64,000 bases of DNA, from contig JAWQFM010000014.1 of NCBI GenBank assembly GCA_033442325.1, positions 952,435-1,016,434 of the forward strand, in the 5' to 3' direction. This DNA is from Salpingoeca rosetta (Eukaryota; Protista; Choanoflagellata). This document shows positions 1 through 18,600 of the stretch, in pieces. A program made the position numbers and the translations under genes. The stretch's first letter is position 1; every line of letters starts with the position of its first letter. The notes beneath the pieces are model-generated. The model worked only from the letters and a program-made list of their open reading frames with translations, did no database searches and was not told the origin of the DNA.

Positions 1-787
1 CGCCCAGTATGGAACGCCCTCCCCGCAGAACCGCTCGCTCCACACGTCTTGGTGCATGTCCAGCAGCACCCAGATGCCTTGTTCCTCGCACATGGCCGTG
101 ATGTTCTGTGGAGGAAATGGCGGGCAAGTGTGAAGAATCGCTGAAGACGGCACCAAAGAGGGCAGTGGAAGAAAGGATAGAGCTGCCGGCAGCTCACAAG
201 CCGGCACGAAAGCCACGAGGCGTACTGGAGTAAGCAAACACACACCCACACACCCACACACATGCACACCTGCAAGTGCTGCAGGTACGTTTGGTTGTAT
301 TTGCCCTTCTCTGGCTCAACCTGAGGTTTGTTGGAGGGCAGTCAACGCAGGTGTTGCTGTTGAGTCAGTGGCTCTCGCGTGAAGCAGCGTTGACGTATTT
401 AGCCGTGACCGACAAGCCCGGCACAAGCGAGAGCAGTGACGCGCATCCAAGCCAGCACGACAACGCAGCTGCCTTACCCCGGGCCACATGACACCGAGGC
501 GAATGGCGTTGACGCCCCACTTTGACAGGAGGGCGACATCGTCCTTGCTGAAGCTGTACTGATAATCGAATCGATCGATGATGGGCACATATGGTGGCCC
601 CTTGAAGACGACGTTTGTGCCTGTGTTGATGAGGGGGGGGGGGCGACCCGGTGTGGTTGCAGCATCGTTAAGCGTCGGGATTGGGCACACAGGGCACGGA
701 CCGACCTTCGACAGCCATCAGCACATAGCCGGAGGTCGCAAAAACGAACACACCAGCGCACACTGACACACTCCCGCACACAGCAAC

Positions 788-825
<38 letters not shown>

Positions 826-845
826 CACACACCACACACACCACA

Positions 846-876
<31 letters not shown>

Positions 877-957
877 CACCTAAGGGACGCTCCGCTCGCC
901 GTCAGAATGCCACCCATGCATATGAGCTTCACCATGCGGCTTTACGGGGCCCTAAAG

Positions 958-995
<38 letters not shown>

Positions 996-1244
996 CTACA
1001 CACCCACCACACACCACCACACACACCACACACACACACACACCAACACACACTCACACACCAACACACACACACACTCACCATGGAAGATGCGCTCGCG
1101 GCCGTGGCTGTCAACGAGCCGCGATGTGGTTGTGTTCACGACGAGGGGTTGTGCAGCCACATGCTGTGGGTCCACAACACAGATCCCAACAGCCACCACC
1201 AGCACTGCAGCCGCAGCCACAACACCAACACCTCCTCCACGCAT
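1..1244 (-). CDS. Endoglycoceramidase-like glycoside hydrolase family 5, 5' part (gene runs off the left edge)
   Basis: Joined exons (~1244-1082, ~621-480, ~330-270, ~106-1) give a signal peptide [20 protein letters not shown], then [11 protein letters not shown]|[24 protein letters not shown]|[13 protein letters not shown]|..[26 protein letters not shown], the typical EGCase/GH5 N-terminal motifs. Confidence 0.88.
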
Positions 1245-2120
1245 GCTCAACCAACCCACACACACACACGCACAACACTGCAAACACAAACAAACCAAAG
1301 TGGTGGAGTTCGCGGCTAAATGCTGGCACCCGACACGATGAAAAGTAATGAAATTTCGTAGAAGATATGTGGGAAACCCCGTTTCCGAACAAACGGTGAT
1401 TTGTGAAAGATGTCTCCTAGTTTTCTCATGCTTCCTTCCATCAAACAACCGCCGACGACAACGCAGCAACAACTCTGCATTCTCCCTGCTTGGTTTGTGT
1501 GTGAGCGTGCAGGCAACCGAACGAACAGATTCATCATCGTCGTCCATCCATCGTTCTTCTTGCCTTCTTCTTGCCTTCATTCCTCCCCCCCCCTTTGGTG
1601 TGCCTGTGTCTGTTCCATTACCACCCTCAAGGACGCGCAAGTCACCCCCACAAAGGTTTGTCGACTTGCTTCGCATGGCATTGCCTACTCTGTTGCGTTG
1701 CGCAGGTTTGTTGTTTCGGCCTTGTTGGTTTTTTTCCCGCCTATTTTTGAGTGTCGCTTTTGCTGGGTTGTGCTGGCGCGCTTACGGTCGCCAGCGCGAA
1801 TCCCCAAGCGCGACCCACCACCTCCGCATACACACAAACTTCACTTTTTTTTTTTTTTTTTGGAGAGCAAGAGGAGGAGGACGAGCAGTAGGAGGAGGAG
1901 GAGCTCCTCTTTGCAGTCTTCCTCGTGACGTGGGTGCTGTCTCTCTCTCTCTCTCTCTGTCTTCTTGTGCAAGTGTGATGCTCTCACACACATTCACACA
2001 CACGCACACACATTCACACACACACACACATTGACGACCACACACAAGACCACCGTCATTGTTGCATGCGCATGTGCGCGAGAGTCCTTGGCGGCCAGTG
2101 CAACGAAGCCGCGCGTTGGA

Positions 2121-9409
<7,289 letters not shown>

Positions 9410-9945
9410 ACGACGTGTGTTGTTGTTGCAGAGGTGACCTTGCGGCGGAATGCTCCCTTTCGCTGTTTGTTTGTGTGATTGGAGCTGTTACTGCTGATGA
9501 GATGGTGGTGCGTGCACAGTGGTGCTTGCAGACGGAGATATGTTGACCACAGACAGCGGTGCCATGTGTTCATGTGCCTTGCTTGATTCAGGAAGGGTGT
9601 TGTGACTGCTTTGCGTTTTGTTGTTATTTTGTATGTGAGGGTTGAATGTGCTCACAAAGCATCGTTGTTGTGGGTGATTTGACCTAAGCGATTGCATTGT
9701 AATTCTTCTTCGCTCGTTCATTCACCTTGCAGTTTGTTTATCTGCGTTACCTGTGCTGTTTGATTCATTCATTTCCTTTTCTTCGGTTACGGTTACTCGT
9801 CAAAGCGCTCTGTGCATAACATAATGACACCCCTCTTGTTCATACACGCAAAACGTGCATGTGGCGAGGCAGTGCAGGAAGTAAGCGAGTTGGTGACAAA
9901 AACATGCAACCCTGGAACAACGGTAATGTTGTTGTCATGGTGGCG

Positions 9946-10303
9946 TCACACAAGGCCAAATCCTTGCGCGTTGTCGATGGCCGTTTGAACGCTTGTAGAT
10001 GAAAGAGAGAGGATCGGGCGAGTGAGTGTTCAAAGGATGAAGAACGAGTTGCGCGGAAAGAACAAAAGTCGCACACAGACGAAGACACACGCACACACAC
10101 ACACAGACGAAGACAAACACACACACATACGCACGCACACGGGCTCACCGCTGTCTCAGCAGCTCTTCTGTCGGGTACGCGGGAAGGACGAGGCGGTTGA
10201 AACACGTCATTGCCGTTGGCAGCCGGCTGTGGAGCGAAAAGGATTGAATCAATCGTGAGTGACGTGGTGTAGCGAGCAAAATGCGGGCAAGGGCCATGCG
10301 CGG

Positions 10304-10392
<89 letters not shown>

Positions 10393-11560
10393 CGAATGTG
10401 CCCGCGTCCAGAAACAAAGCAGCAGTGGCAGACGTGACCAATGGAAGTTGTATTGCAAGTCACACTCCCTCACTCCCACTGTGACACTCTCACTCTCGCT
10501 ATGGCACTTGCATAAACACGCACCCGAGCGCTGCGACGCCAAGGAGTTTTGCGCGCTCAGTTGTCATCTGAAACGCGGCAGACGTGAGAAGAAATGGCGA
10601 CTCGAAGATACAAGACGAACAACGTGGGTTTCATGCACACAAACACACACACACACACACACCTCGACGAGGGCAAAGCTGGCGAGGAGGCGGAGGGCGC
10701 TGGAGTTGCCAGAGTCCGAGGCAACGTGCTCAAAGGTGGGCACGAATCGGCGCTCTGACGATGCGGACGCTGAAACCGTTGTGCGGAGCCGCTGCATGAA
10801 GCGGGCGCGGTTGAGTTGGCCAGCAGAGTTGAAGTTGTCTGACCTCCACAGCTCGGCAAGAGGGGTTCCATGCGCTTGAAGGGCACGAGCGTGTTCTACC
10901 GCAGCCTGTACGACGAGCGGGTGTGTGTTTGGGTACTTCTTGCTGGTGTACTCGCCTCGTTTCGACAAGCTCACCATCATCTCTTCTTCAAGGTGATCGT
11001 CACTGCTGTCCTCATGCCTGCCAGGGCATCACGCACAACCAAGATTAGGAATCAACATACATGGTAGCTTTGACTCAGCACGGCAGGACCGTGACCAAAT
11101 TGAAGCACACGTCAATCATCACAACGACGCAGAAACCAAAGATAAAAACATGGAAGCGCAAACACAAACACAGATACAATGTGCAAGCACTAGCACACAC
11201 ACACACACACATACACACACACACGCACACGCACAGAAGCTCACACACACACAGAAGCTCACACACACACGCACTCATTCACACACGCACTCATTCACAC
11301 ACTTACACAGACACACGCACATACTCACAAGCACAGACATACGCAGACAAACACACTCTCACACATTCACACAGATACACAGAAACGCACATGGCGCGCT
11401 GCGCGTTCAGGAAGAATGAAAGCGTCGACGCCATATCTGTTGCATCTTGTGCAAGGCCCTGGCTGGCAGCGTGCTTGTCGCGTCTCTGTCGTCGACCACC
11501 ACGACCGCCACTGCGAGCACCACCACCAGGAGCAAGCAGCCGCTGTCTTGCTGCATCCAT
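9946..11560 (-). CDS. ~230 aa protein ending in only the last ~40 aa of a HECT E3 domain
   Basis: Five exons (11560-11391, 11017-10663, 10567-10524, 10226-10149, 9991-9946) join in frame at GT-AG sites (693 nt). The C-terminus RLPTAMTCFNRLVLPAYPTEELLRQRVQTAIDNAQGFGLV* matches the HECT end LPxAHTCFNxLxLPxY..AI.N..GFGL. Linkage of the upstream exons is inferred from phase only. Confidence 0.6.
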
Positions 11561-11642
11561 CTTGTTCCGTTGTTCGCCTCGGTTACGGAAAATTATAGCA
11601 TGTTTTTCATAAATTTTCAGCAAACAACAGGACCAGACGACG
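11561..11642. promoter_or_regulatory. Putative compact bidirectional promoter
   Basis: Only 82 bp between two divergent ATGs, with an AT-rich core (GGAAAATTATAGCATGTTTTTCATAAATTTTCAG). Confidence 0.45.
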
Positions 11643-12986
11643 ATGATGGCAGACCACCGTGACCACGAAGCAGCGCCCTCCGCGACAGCGACAGCAGCCG
11701 ACCTTTCGAACAGCAGTGCTGGCAAGGAGGAAGGCGGACACAAAGAACACAGCGGCCAAAGTCAGAAGAGTGGTGGTAGCAGTGGTAGCGGTGGTGATGA
11801 CGGTGATGCGAAGACCATCGCCGCACAAGAGGCTGCAGACGACAAGGACTTGTACGCGTTGCTGAACTGCTCCCAACACGCCTCGGTGCGCTGGTGGAAA
11901 TGGTGGTGTGAGCATGTGGCACCACCCATTGCAGTTCTCAGAGCCCTCAGCACTGTGTGGAATACATAGACCACAAAAGGAGCTTCCGTGTAGGGTTCAT
12001 AGCCGGTCTCTCTGCCATCCACTTTCATGCGCATGCGCATGCACAGACACGCACATTCTCCTGCAGTGCAACCACGCTGCCGTCCTCCCAGCCTCACCTT
12101 GCCTTTTGGTTGATGAACGTGGTTTGGTTCGTGCCATTTGTAGCCAGAGCAAATCAAGACAGAGTTCATGCTGCTGGCGAAGAAGCACCATCCAGACAGA
12201 CAAGTGCCCGCCACCCTTGAAACGACGCAAGGAGCGGAAACCTCCAATCCAAATGTCGCTCGGCCACCGCCTGCCTCGGAATCAAAAGCAGTTCATGACA
12301 CGACCGAGCGGGGCACACACGTACCTATATCCTTCACACGCCTATCGCGGGCGTATTGCATTCTCTCCGACCCATCCCTTCGGTGAGTTGGACGTGAATG
12401 CGCGATGTGTGTGTGTGTATATTTTTGCGTTTACTGTGTGACTGTGCGACTGTGCTGTGTGTGTGTGTATTTGCGTTTACTGTGTGACTGTGTGACTGTG
12501 TTGTGTTGACTGTGACTGTGTTGTGTTGACTGTGCAGGGGTGGAGTGACGTGGGTGCGTGCTCCATGCCCATGTAGTTGGCCGATGTTGGTTCACGTTGT
12601 TGTGACTCTCATGCTCCTCCCAATCAGCAAGCAATATGACGACTGGCGTGCCGCTGGGTTGAACATCTCCTTCACACAATGGCAGTCTGCACAAATGTCA
12701 TCGGTCAGTGCTTGTTACCCTTGCTTGAGCTGGACTAGTTCGTGCGTGTTTTCGTCACACAGCTGTGGATCTGTGCTAATGTTGCGAGCCATACACACAC
12801 ACACATGCACATGCGCGTTCGTACGTTTTGCCACGTGTGCTCACATCCAGTTCCTTTCGCGTTCGTTCGTTCTTCTTCTTCTTCTTCTTCTTCTTCTTCT
12901 TCTTCTTCTTCTTCTTCTTCTTGTTCTTCTTCTTCTTGTTCTTCTTCTTCTTCTTCTTCTTGTTCTTCTTCTTCTTGTTCTTCTTC

Positions 12987-13058
<72 letters not shown>

Positions 13059-13508
13059 CGGTGTCGTTGCCATGCACTTACCCCCTTTCCTCTGCCCCTG
13101 TGCAGCGACTGCACTTTGCCATGTCCACCAAGAAGCCCTTGCAGTTGGAAGAGAAGCAGGACCAAGGGAAACATGGCGATGAACCGAGCACAAAGCGGCC
13201 CCACACAACTGTGGCTGCCCCATCCGCCTCCGCCACACTGCAGGCCTTTCGTCAAGGTGACAGGACTCTAGAGACACGTGGTGGTGCTGCTGCATGCTTG
13301 TGCGCGTGTTCGAGTGTGGTTTGTGTTGTAGTCTGTGTGTCCGTGAGTGGGCGTTTGTCCGTATGTCTCAAAAGCGCATGTCGGCACTGCTTGCAACCTC
13401 GCACAAGACACAACTGACTGTGTATCCTACAATCATCACACATCACTTATCACACATCACACAGGGCAGTCGCCCGACGCTGCCTTGCGCAACTTTCGTG
13501 GATGGTAG
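11643..13508 (+). CDS. DNAJC12: J-domain protein, DNAJC12/JDP1-like
   Basis: DLYALLNCSQHAS|PEQIKTEFMLLAKKHHPD..SFTRLSRAYCILSDPSLR|KQYDDWRAAGLNISFTQW|..LHFAMSTKKPLQLEE..|GQSPDAALRNFRGW*. The HPD motif, the YDxWR..F.QW and KK.L.LEE segments and the LRxFR end parallel DNAJC12. Confidence 0.75.
12871..13057 (+). repeat. Compound (TTC)n-(TTG)n intronic microsatellite
   Basis: Read directly, inside a DNAJ intron; it generates several spurious poly-L/K/Q/T ORFs. Confidence 0.95.
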
Positions 13509-13932
13509 AAGTGGAGCCATGGCAAGGTGGACGACAGGACGACGCATGCAAGTGGGTGTTTGTGTTTATTGTGATGCTGCTTGCGCTCGTTATCCTGCCT
13601 CGTCCCTTCACCGCACGTATCATGTGTTTGGTTGAGCGGTTGTCAACGCAAGTCATGTATTGATGCCATTCATGTGATGTTGGAACGTAACGGAGGGGGA
13701 CCGGAGTTATTGTAAACGAACAGCCACCAAACAACGTGTCAAATGACGGATGAGAAAGGTGGCAAGAGGCGCGCTTACTTGACGCCGTGTAACACAAGCA
13801 AAAAAGAAAGAGAAAGCAGGCAGCAGGTTTGGTTCTGTGAGGTTTTCTAAGTGAACACCCACGCTGCACGTATGCAAGCAGAAACGATGGGTTGGTAATC
13901 AAAGGCGTAAACGAAGAAGACGCCAACACGCT

Positions 13933-13992
<60 letters not shown>

Positions 13993-14014
13993 GCAAAAAC
14001 AATGCCGGCGCGCA

Positions 14015-15271
14015 TCAGCAGATGCGCTCGAGAACGAGGACGGAGGAGATGGGAGGGGAGGTCGTCGATGAACTGGGGAGGGCAAAGATGCGGCCATCGG
14101 GGGCTGCGGCCGCGCCACTCAACTCGAAGTCAGTGCTGTCAAGCGCCACAGACGTGGCGTCGGAGGAGTTGGTGTTGGTGTCAAACAAAAGGAAGTTGGA
14201 GACGCCTTCAAGGGGGATTCCATACACAAGACCATCATTGCCCGCAACGGCCGTAAACCATGCGCTGGTTTCGCCCAGGTTGTCAATATTGACGGCATCA
14301 GCATCGTTCGTCTCAGGATCGATAACAAGCACAGCATCAGCAGAAACGGGCACAGCGTACAACTTTCCATTGCCTACAAGCACAATGTCAGCCCATTTGT
14401 CGCCACTCCCAAAGCCAGTAGTTGCAATGGAGGTGGTGTCGACGGTGTTTGTGGCTGGGTCAATGATGAGCACGGATGATGCGCGTCCGGGCGCGGCATA
14501 AATTTTGCCATTGAGGGCCAGTACACCTCCAAACCACTTGTTGTCTTCAGGGGCAACCACCATGGTGGTGATATCCGCTGTTCGCGTTGCCGGGTCAATA
14601 ATGAGGACCGCGTCGGAGCGGTCGGGAATGCCGTAGATCTTGCCGTTGGGCGCGAGCACGGCGCCCTCCCACTTGTCACCACCGGTTCCTAAACCGACGA
14701 TAGAAGTCATATCGACGGTGTTTGTTGACGGGTCGATGATGAGGACTGAGTCTTCGTCCTGCGGCACACAGTAGATGAGGCCGTCAGCAGCCAGTGCCCC
14801 GCCCGCCCACTTGCGCGCTGTGTGAGGGAGTCCGGTGATGGAGGAGGTGTCTGCTGTGAGGGTGTTGACATCAATGATCAGCACGGAGGTGGACGAAGCC
14901 GGGACGCCGTAGATCTTGCCGTTGGGCGTGCACACAGCGCTCCACCAGGCAGGTGTGTCAGCCCCTTGGTAGATGTTGAGGCTGACGCTGCCCATGCTGG
15001 TTGTGTCCATGATGTGGTAGTGCGAGTGGGCGCTGCAGAATGCCCGCCAGAGCTGGCGGGTCATGCTCAGGTACTGTTTCATCTCGCTCAACTCAGCCTG
15101 CACGTCCAGGCCGTTGAGGAGCACGCGCTGTGTGGGGTTGGACGTGTTCACATGCAAGTCTCCAGCTTCATCCTGCTTGATCACGGCGGTCCCCGCGCCC
15201 CACACCAGGCCAACTGCCACACCCAAGACCAGCAGCGCCACAACCACACCAAACTCCTGCTGATGCCTCAT
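14015..15271 (-). CDS. Intronless secreted protein with a 7-bladed beta-propeller (~418 aa)
   Basis: Signal peptide MRHQQEFGVVVALLVLGVAVGLVWG; short N-domain and helix (IKQDEAGDLHVNT..LNGLDVQAELSEMKQYL); seven ~45-aa repeats of consensus W.G.VLA.NGKIY.VP....SVLIIDP.T.T.D. No introns. Confidence 0.85.
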   Translation of the reverse strand: MRHQQEFGVVVALLVLGVAVGLVWGAGTAVIKQDEAGDLHVNTSNPTQRVLLNGLDVQAELSEMKQYLSMTRQLWRAFCSAHSHYHIMDTTSMGSVSLNIYQGADTPAWWSAVCTPNGKIYGVPASSTSVLIIDVNTLTADTSSITGLPHTARKWAGGALAADGLIYCVPQDEDSVLIIDPSTNTVDMTSIVGLGTGGDKWEGAVLAPNGKIYGIPDRSDAVLIIDPATRTADITTMVVAPEDNKWFGGVLALNGKIYAAPGRASSVLIIDPATNTVDTTSIATTGFGSGDKWADIVLVGNGKLYAVPVSADAVLVIDPETNDADAVNIDNLGETSAWFTAVAGNDGLVYGIPLEGVSNFLLFDTNTNSSDATSVALDSTDFELSGAAAAPDGRIFALPSSSTTSPPISSVLVLERIC

Positions 15272-15699
15272 CCTGGTGCAGTTGGAGACTGTCTGTGGTG
15301 TGGTGAGCTGGTGAGTTGGTGAGTTGCAGCCAAGCGATCGAACATCCAATCCACGTCAGAGTGAGGTGGAATGAGCAGCGAAGAAGATTGGTTTGTTCTT
15401 TTTGTTGTGTTGTTTTGCTGTCCTCCTTCCTTCTTGGTTCTTGGGTCTTGCTGACGTCAGCAAAATCACGTGAGTCAGTTCCACCACTGGCACTGACAGC
15501 CACCCCTCTTGTCCGCAAACTTCTGCGGCTTCTTTGCTTTGTTTTGATTTGTTTGCTTCTTCTTGTGCGACTTCTTGTGCTCACTTTTCCCAGCACACTC
15601 TCGCAGACACAACCTCACACCCAATACACACACACACACGCACACATACATCCAATACACACACAGACACACACCTACACACCCCACCCAAGCACGAGC
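15272..15699. promoter_or_regulatory. Putative bidirectional promoter between the beta-propeller and ZNFX1-like genes
   Basis: 428 bp between divergent ATGs; contains CACGTG overlapping TGAGTCA (~15467-15478; E-box and AP-1-like) and TGACGTCA (~15452; CRE-like). Confidence 0.4.
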
Positions 15700-18600
15700 A
15701 TGTCGTTTCGTCAACGTGGTGGTGGTGGTGATGGCAGCCGCCCTGGCTCTGCACAACATCACCCACGAGGACGCGGGCGTGGTCGTGGTGGCAGCCGCGG
15801 TGGTCGTGGTGGCGAGCGTGGTCGAGGTGGTGGTCGTGGTCGTGGCCGTGGCGGTAGTGGGCGCCGGAACAGGCGCGAAGACGACCCCAGGCGCCGCTAC
15901 TTTGATGCCATCAAGAAAAAAGACGGAAGCGCCACGATCAAGAGCCACCGCGACTGCGAGAGGTTCCTGGAGAACGTGAGAGAGCACAACGACCGCATCC
16001 ACCTGATGTATTCCCTGGAGTCCACAGACATGCTCAACCGCCTCACGCTCTTCCTTGGACCAACCAACAACGTCAACGCGTACCTTCGCCAGTACCTCAT
16101 CCCGGCGCTGGAGATCTTTGCCGAGGGCGACTGCGACCTGCCCTCCATGCAAAACCAGCGCGACACCATCTTCCTGGCCCTCATGGAAGCACCAAACCTC
16201 TTCCCGCACTTCACCAAATACCTCAAGCTTGGCGCTGCGCCAGACACCCACGTCTCCTTCCTGGGCTGGTTCCTCACCGAGCTCGCCGGTGCCGCCCGCC
16301 GCAACAACAAGCGCGACGAGATCCTCGAGCGCCAGGACCTCAAGGACCTTGTGGATACCCTCTGCGCCAGAGAAGTTCCGTTTGCAGAGGTGCTGCGCGG
16401 GCACCTGGCCACCAACGGCAACGGCAACGGCAACGGCAACAACGCCCTGCCCCCAGACCAGCTGCACCTCGCCGCCTTCGACCCGGACTCTGACGCCCTC
16501 GTGCCCTTCCGCGACATCAGCGTCACCCCAACTGTCAACGATATTGGCCAAGCACCGCCAGCGCACCTGCCCCGCCCGCCCTTCACCGACAGCCTGGAGG
16601 CCGTGCTCAACGGCCAGTTCCGACTCCTGCGCGAGGCGCTGCTTGGGCCCATTCGCGAACGGCTACAGGACGCCGCTGTCACCAGGGCCAGCGGCAAGGA
16701 GGCGTTCCGCACCCTGTTCAAGGTTGGTCCCGTTGGCGCCAACGCCAAGTACGGCGCAGAGATGACGTTTACCTTTGAGCTGCATCACAACCACCCGTAC
16801 CACAAGCGCAAGAAGAGCGACAAGGCAATGTTCTGGGAGCGCACGTCCCTGCTCAAGCGTGGCTCGCTGGTGCTGCTGCTGCAGAACGGCGAGCCCGCCA
16901 TGCTGGCAGAGGTGATGCAGCGCGACCCAAAGACACTGCTCAACGACCAAACCGTCGGCCTGCGCATGCTGGAGCCGGGCCATCTCGACGATGTCATCAA
17001 GCAGAGGACCACGCGCTACCACGGGTACACCATGGTCATGGTCGCGCCAAACTTCTTCGCCTTCCGCCCCATTCTGCAGCGTTTGCAGGACCTGCACCAG
17101 CTCCCCTTCAAGGAAGAGCTGCTTGGCGGCCAGCCGCCAGAGGGCGAGCGCGCACCGGAGTACTGGCGCGACGACGTGCAGGTCGAGGCAGCTGCACTGG
17201 CGGAGGAGCTCACACTCAACCCGAGCCAGCGTGAAGCGCTCATGCACGGCATGAGCAACCGCGTTGCGCTCATCCAGGGCCCGCCAGGCACAGGCAAGAC
17301 CTTTATTGGCGTGGCGCTGGCCAAGCTGCTGGTGCGCACGTGCAGACAGCGCATCCTGCTGTGCTGCTACACCAACCACGCCCTCGACCAGTTTCTGATG
17401 GAGCTCATCGAACACGTCACCAAGAACGTGGTGCGCATTGGCGGGCACTGCAAGGAGGAGGCACTGGAGCCATACCGCTTGGAGATGGGCAAGTCCGACT
17501 GGACGCGTGACCAGGCATCGCGGTACCACGAGCTCAAGGACGAGCGCACCCAACTTGAGAAGGACGTTCAACGGCTCGACAACGCACTGAAGATGAAGAT
17601 GGGCGTCAAGTGGTGGTCGACGCTGAGGCGGCACCTCGAAGACGAGCACCCAGACATGTGCACAAGCCTGTCGCTGCCTCCACATGCCGCCGAACCACTG
17701 CTGCGGCAACAGCAGCAACAGCACCGGCGGCGCAACCGACACGAGGCGGAGGGCGATGGGTTTCAGGTGGTCGGGAAAGACGGCAAGGCCGTGGGGCTCG
17801 AGTATCTCTTTGAGCGGTGGTACGAGGGCAAGGACGCAGGCGTGTTTGCCCAGTACAGGGCAGGCGACCCGCTGTGGGCGTTGTCAAAGAAGGAGCGGCG
17901 AGCCAAGTTTGGCGAGTGGGAGGAGGAGATCCGGGCCCCGCAGCGCGAGGAGTTGGCGCGCAAACTTCGACGCATCCGCACCATCACGGCCGAGATTGAC
18001 GCGCTGCGTGCGTGCGGGCAGGAGAAGAAGCTGGCCAACGCCGATGTCATTGCGTGCACGACGTGGGGCGCGGCGCAGAACGCCATGCTGCTGCAGCGCG
18101 TGCGCATGCCCGTGGTGATGGCGGAGGAGGCCGGGGAGGTGCTGGAGGCGCACATCCTGACTGCGCTCCCGCGCGACTGCAAGCACCTCATCCTCATTGG
18201 CGACCACAAGCAGCTGCGGCCCAAGGTGGACCACTACCCGCTCACCCGCGAGTCCGGCAAAGGGTTTGACCTCAACGTGTCCATGTTTGAGCGGCTGGCC
18301 GACACGCTGCCCGTGGCCAAACTCCAAGTGCAGCACCGCATGCGGCCCGAGTTTAGCCGGCTCGTGCGCGAGGTGTTCTACCCTGGCGTGCTCGGCGACC
18401 ACCACAGCGTGGAAGGGCGTGAGCACATCCGCGGCCTGCAGGGCGATTTGGTCTTCATCAACCACAAGGAGCTCGAAGCGGCGGCGCAGGCGAAGATGGT
18501 GCAGCACCAGTCGCACAGCAACCCGTACGAGGTGGGCATGGTGCGCGCCACCGTGCGCTACCTCATTCAGCAGCAGTACGACCCCAGTGAGATTGTGGTG

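Noticed and set aside
770-1080. Numerous HTHT/CVCV ORFs here and throughout the window
   Set aside because: They are translations of intronic (CA)n/(GT)n microsatellites, which lack stop codons.
15316-15699. 128-aa N-terminal extension of the 1945-aa ORF with apparent TM segments
   Set aside because: Non-ATG start, T-rich promoter sequence and CA repeats; the first ATG (15700) begins a coherent RGG domain.
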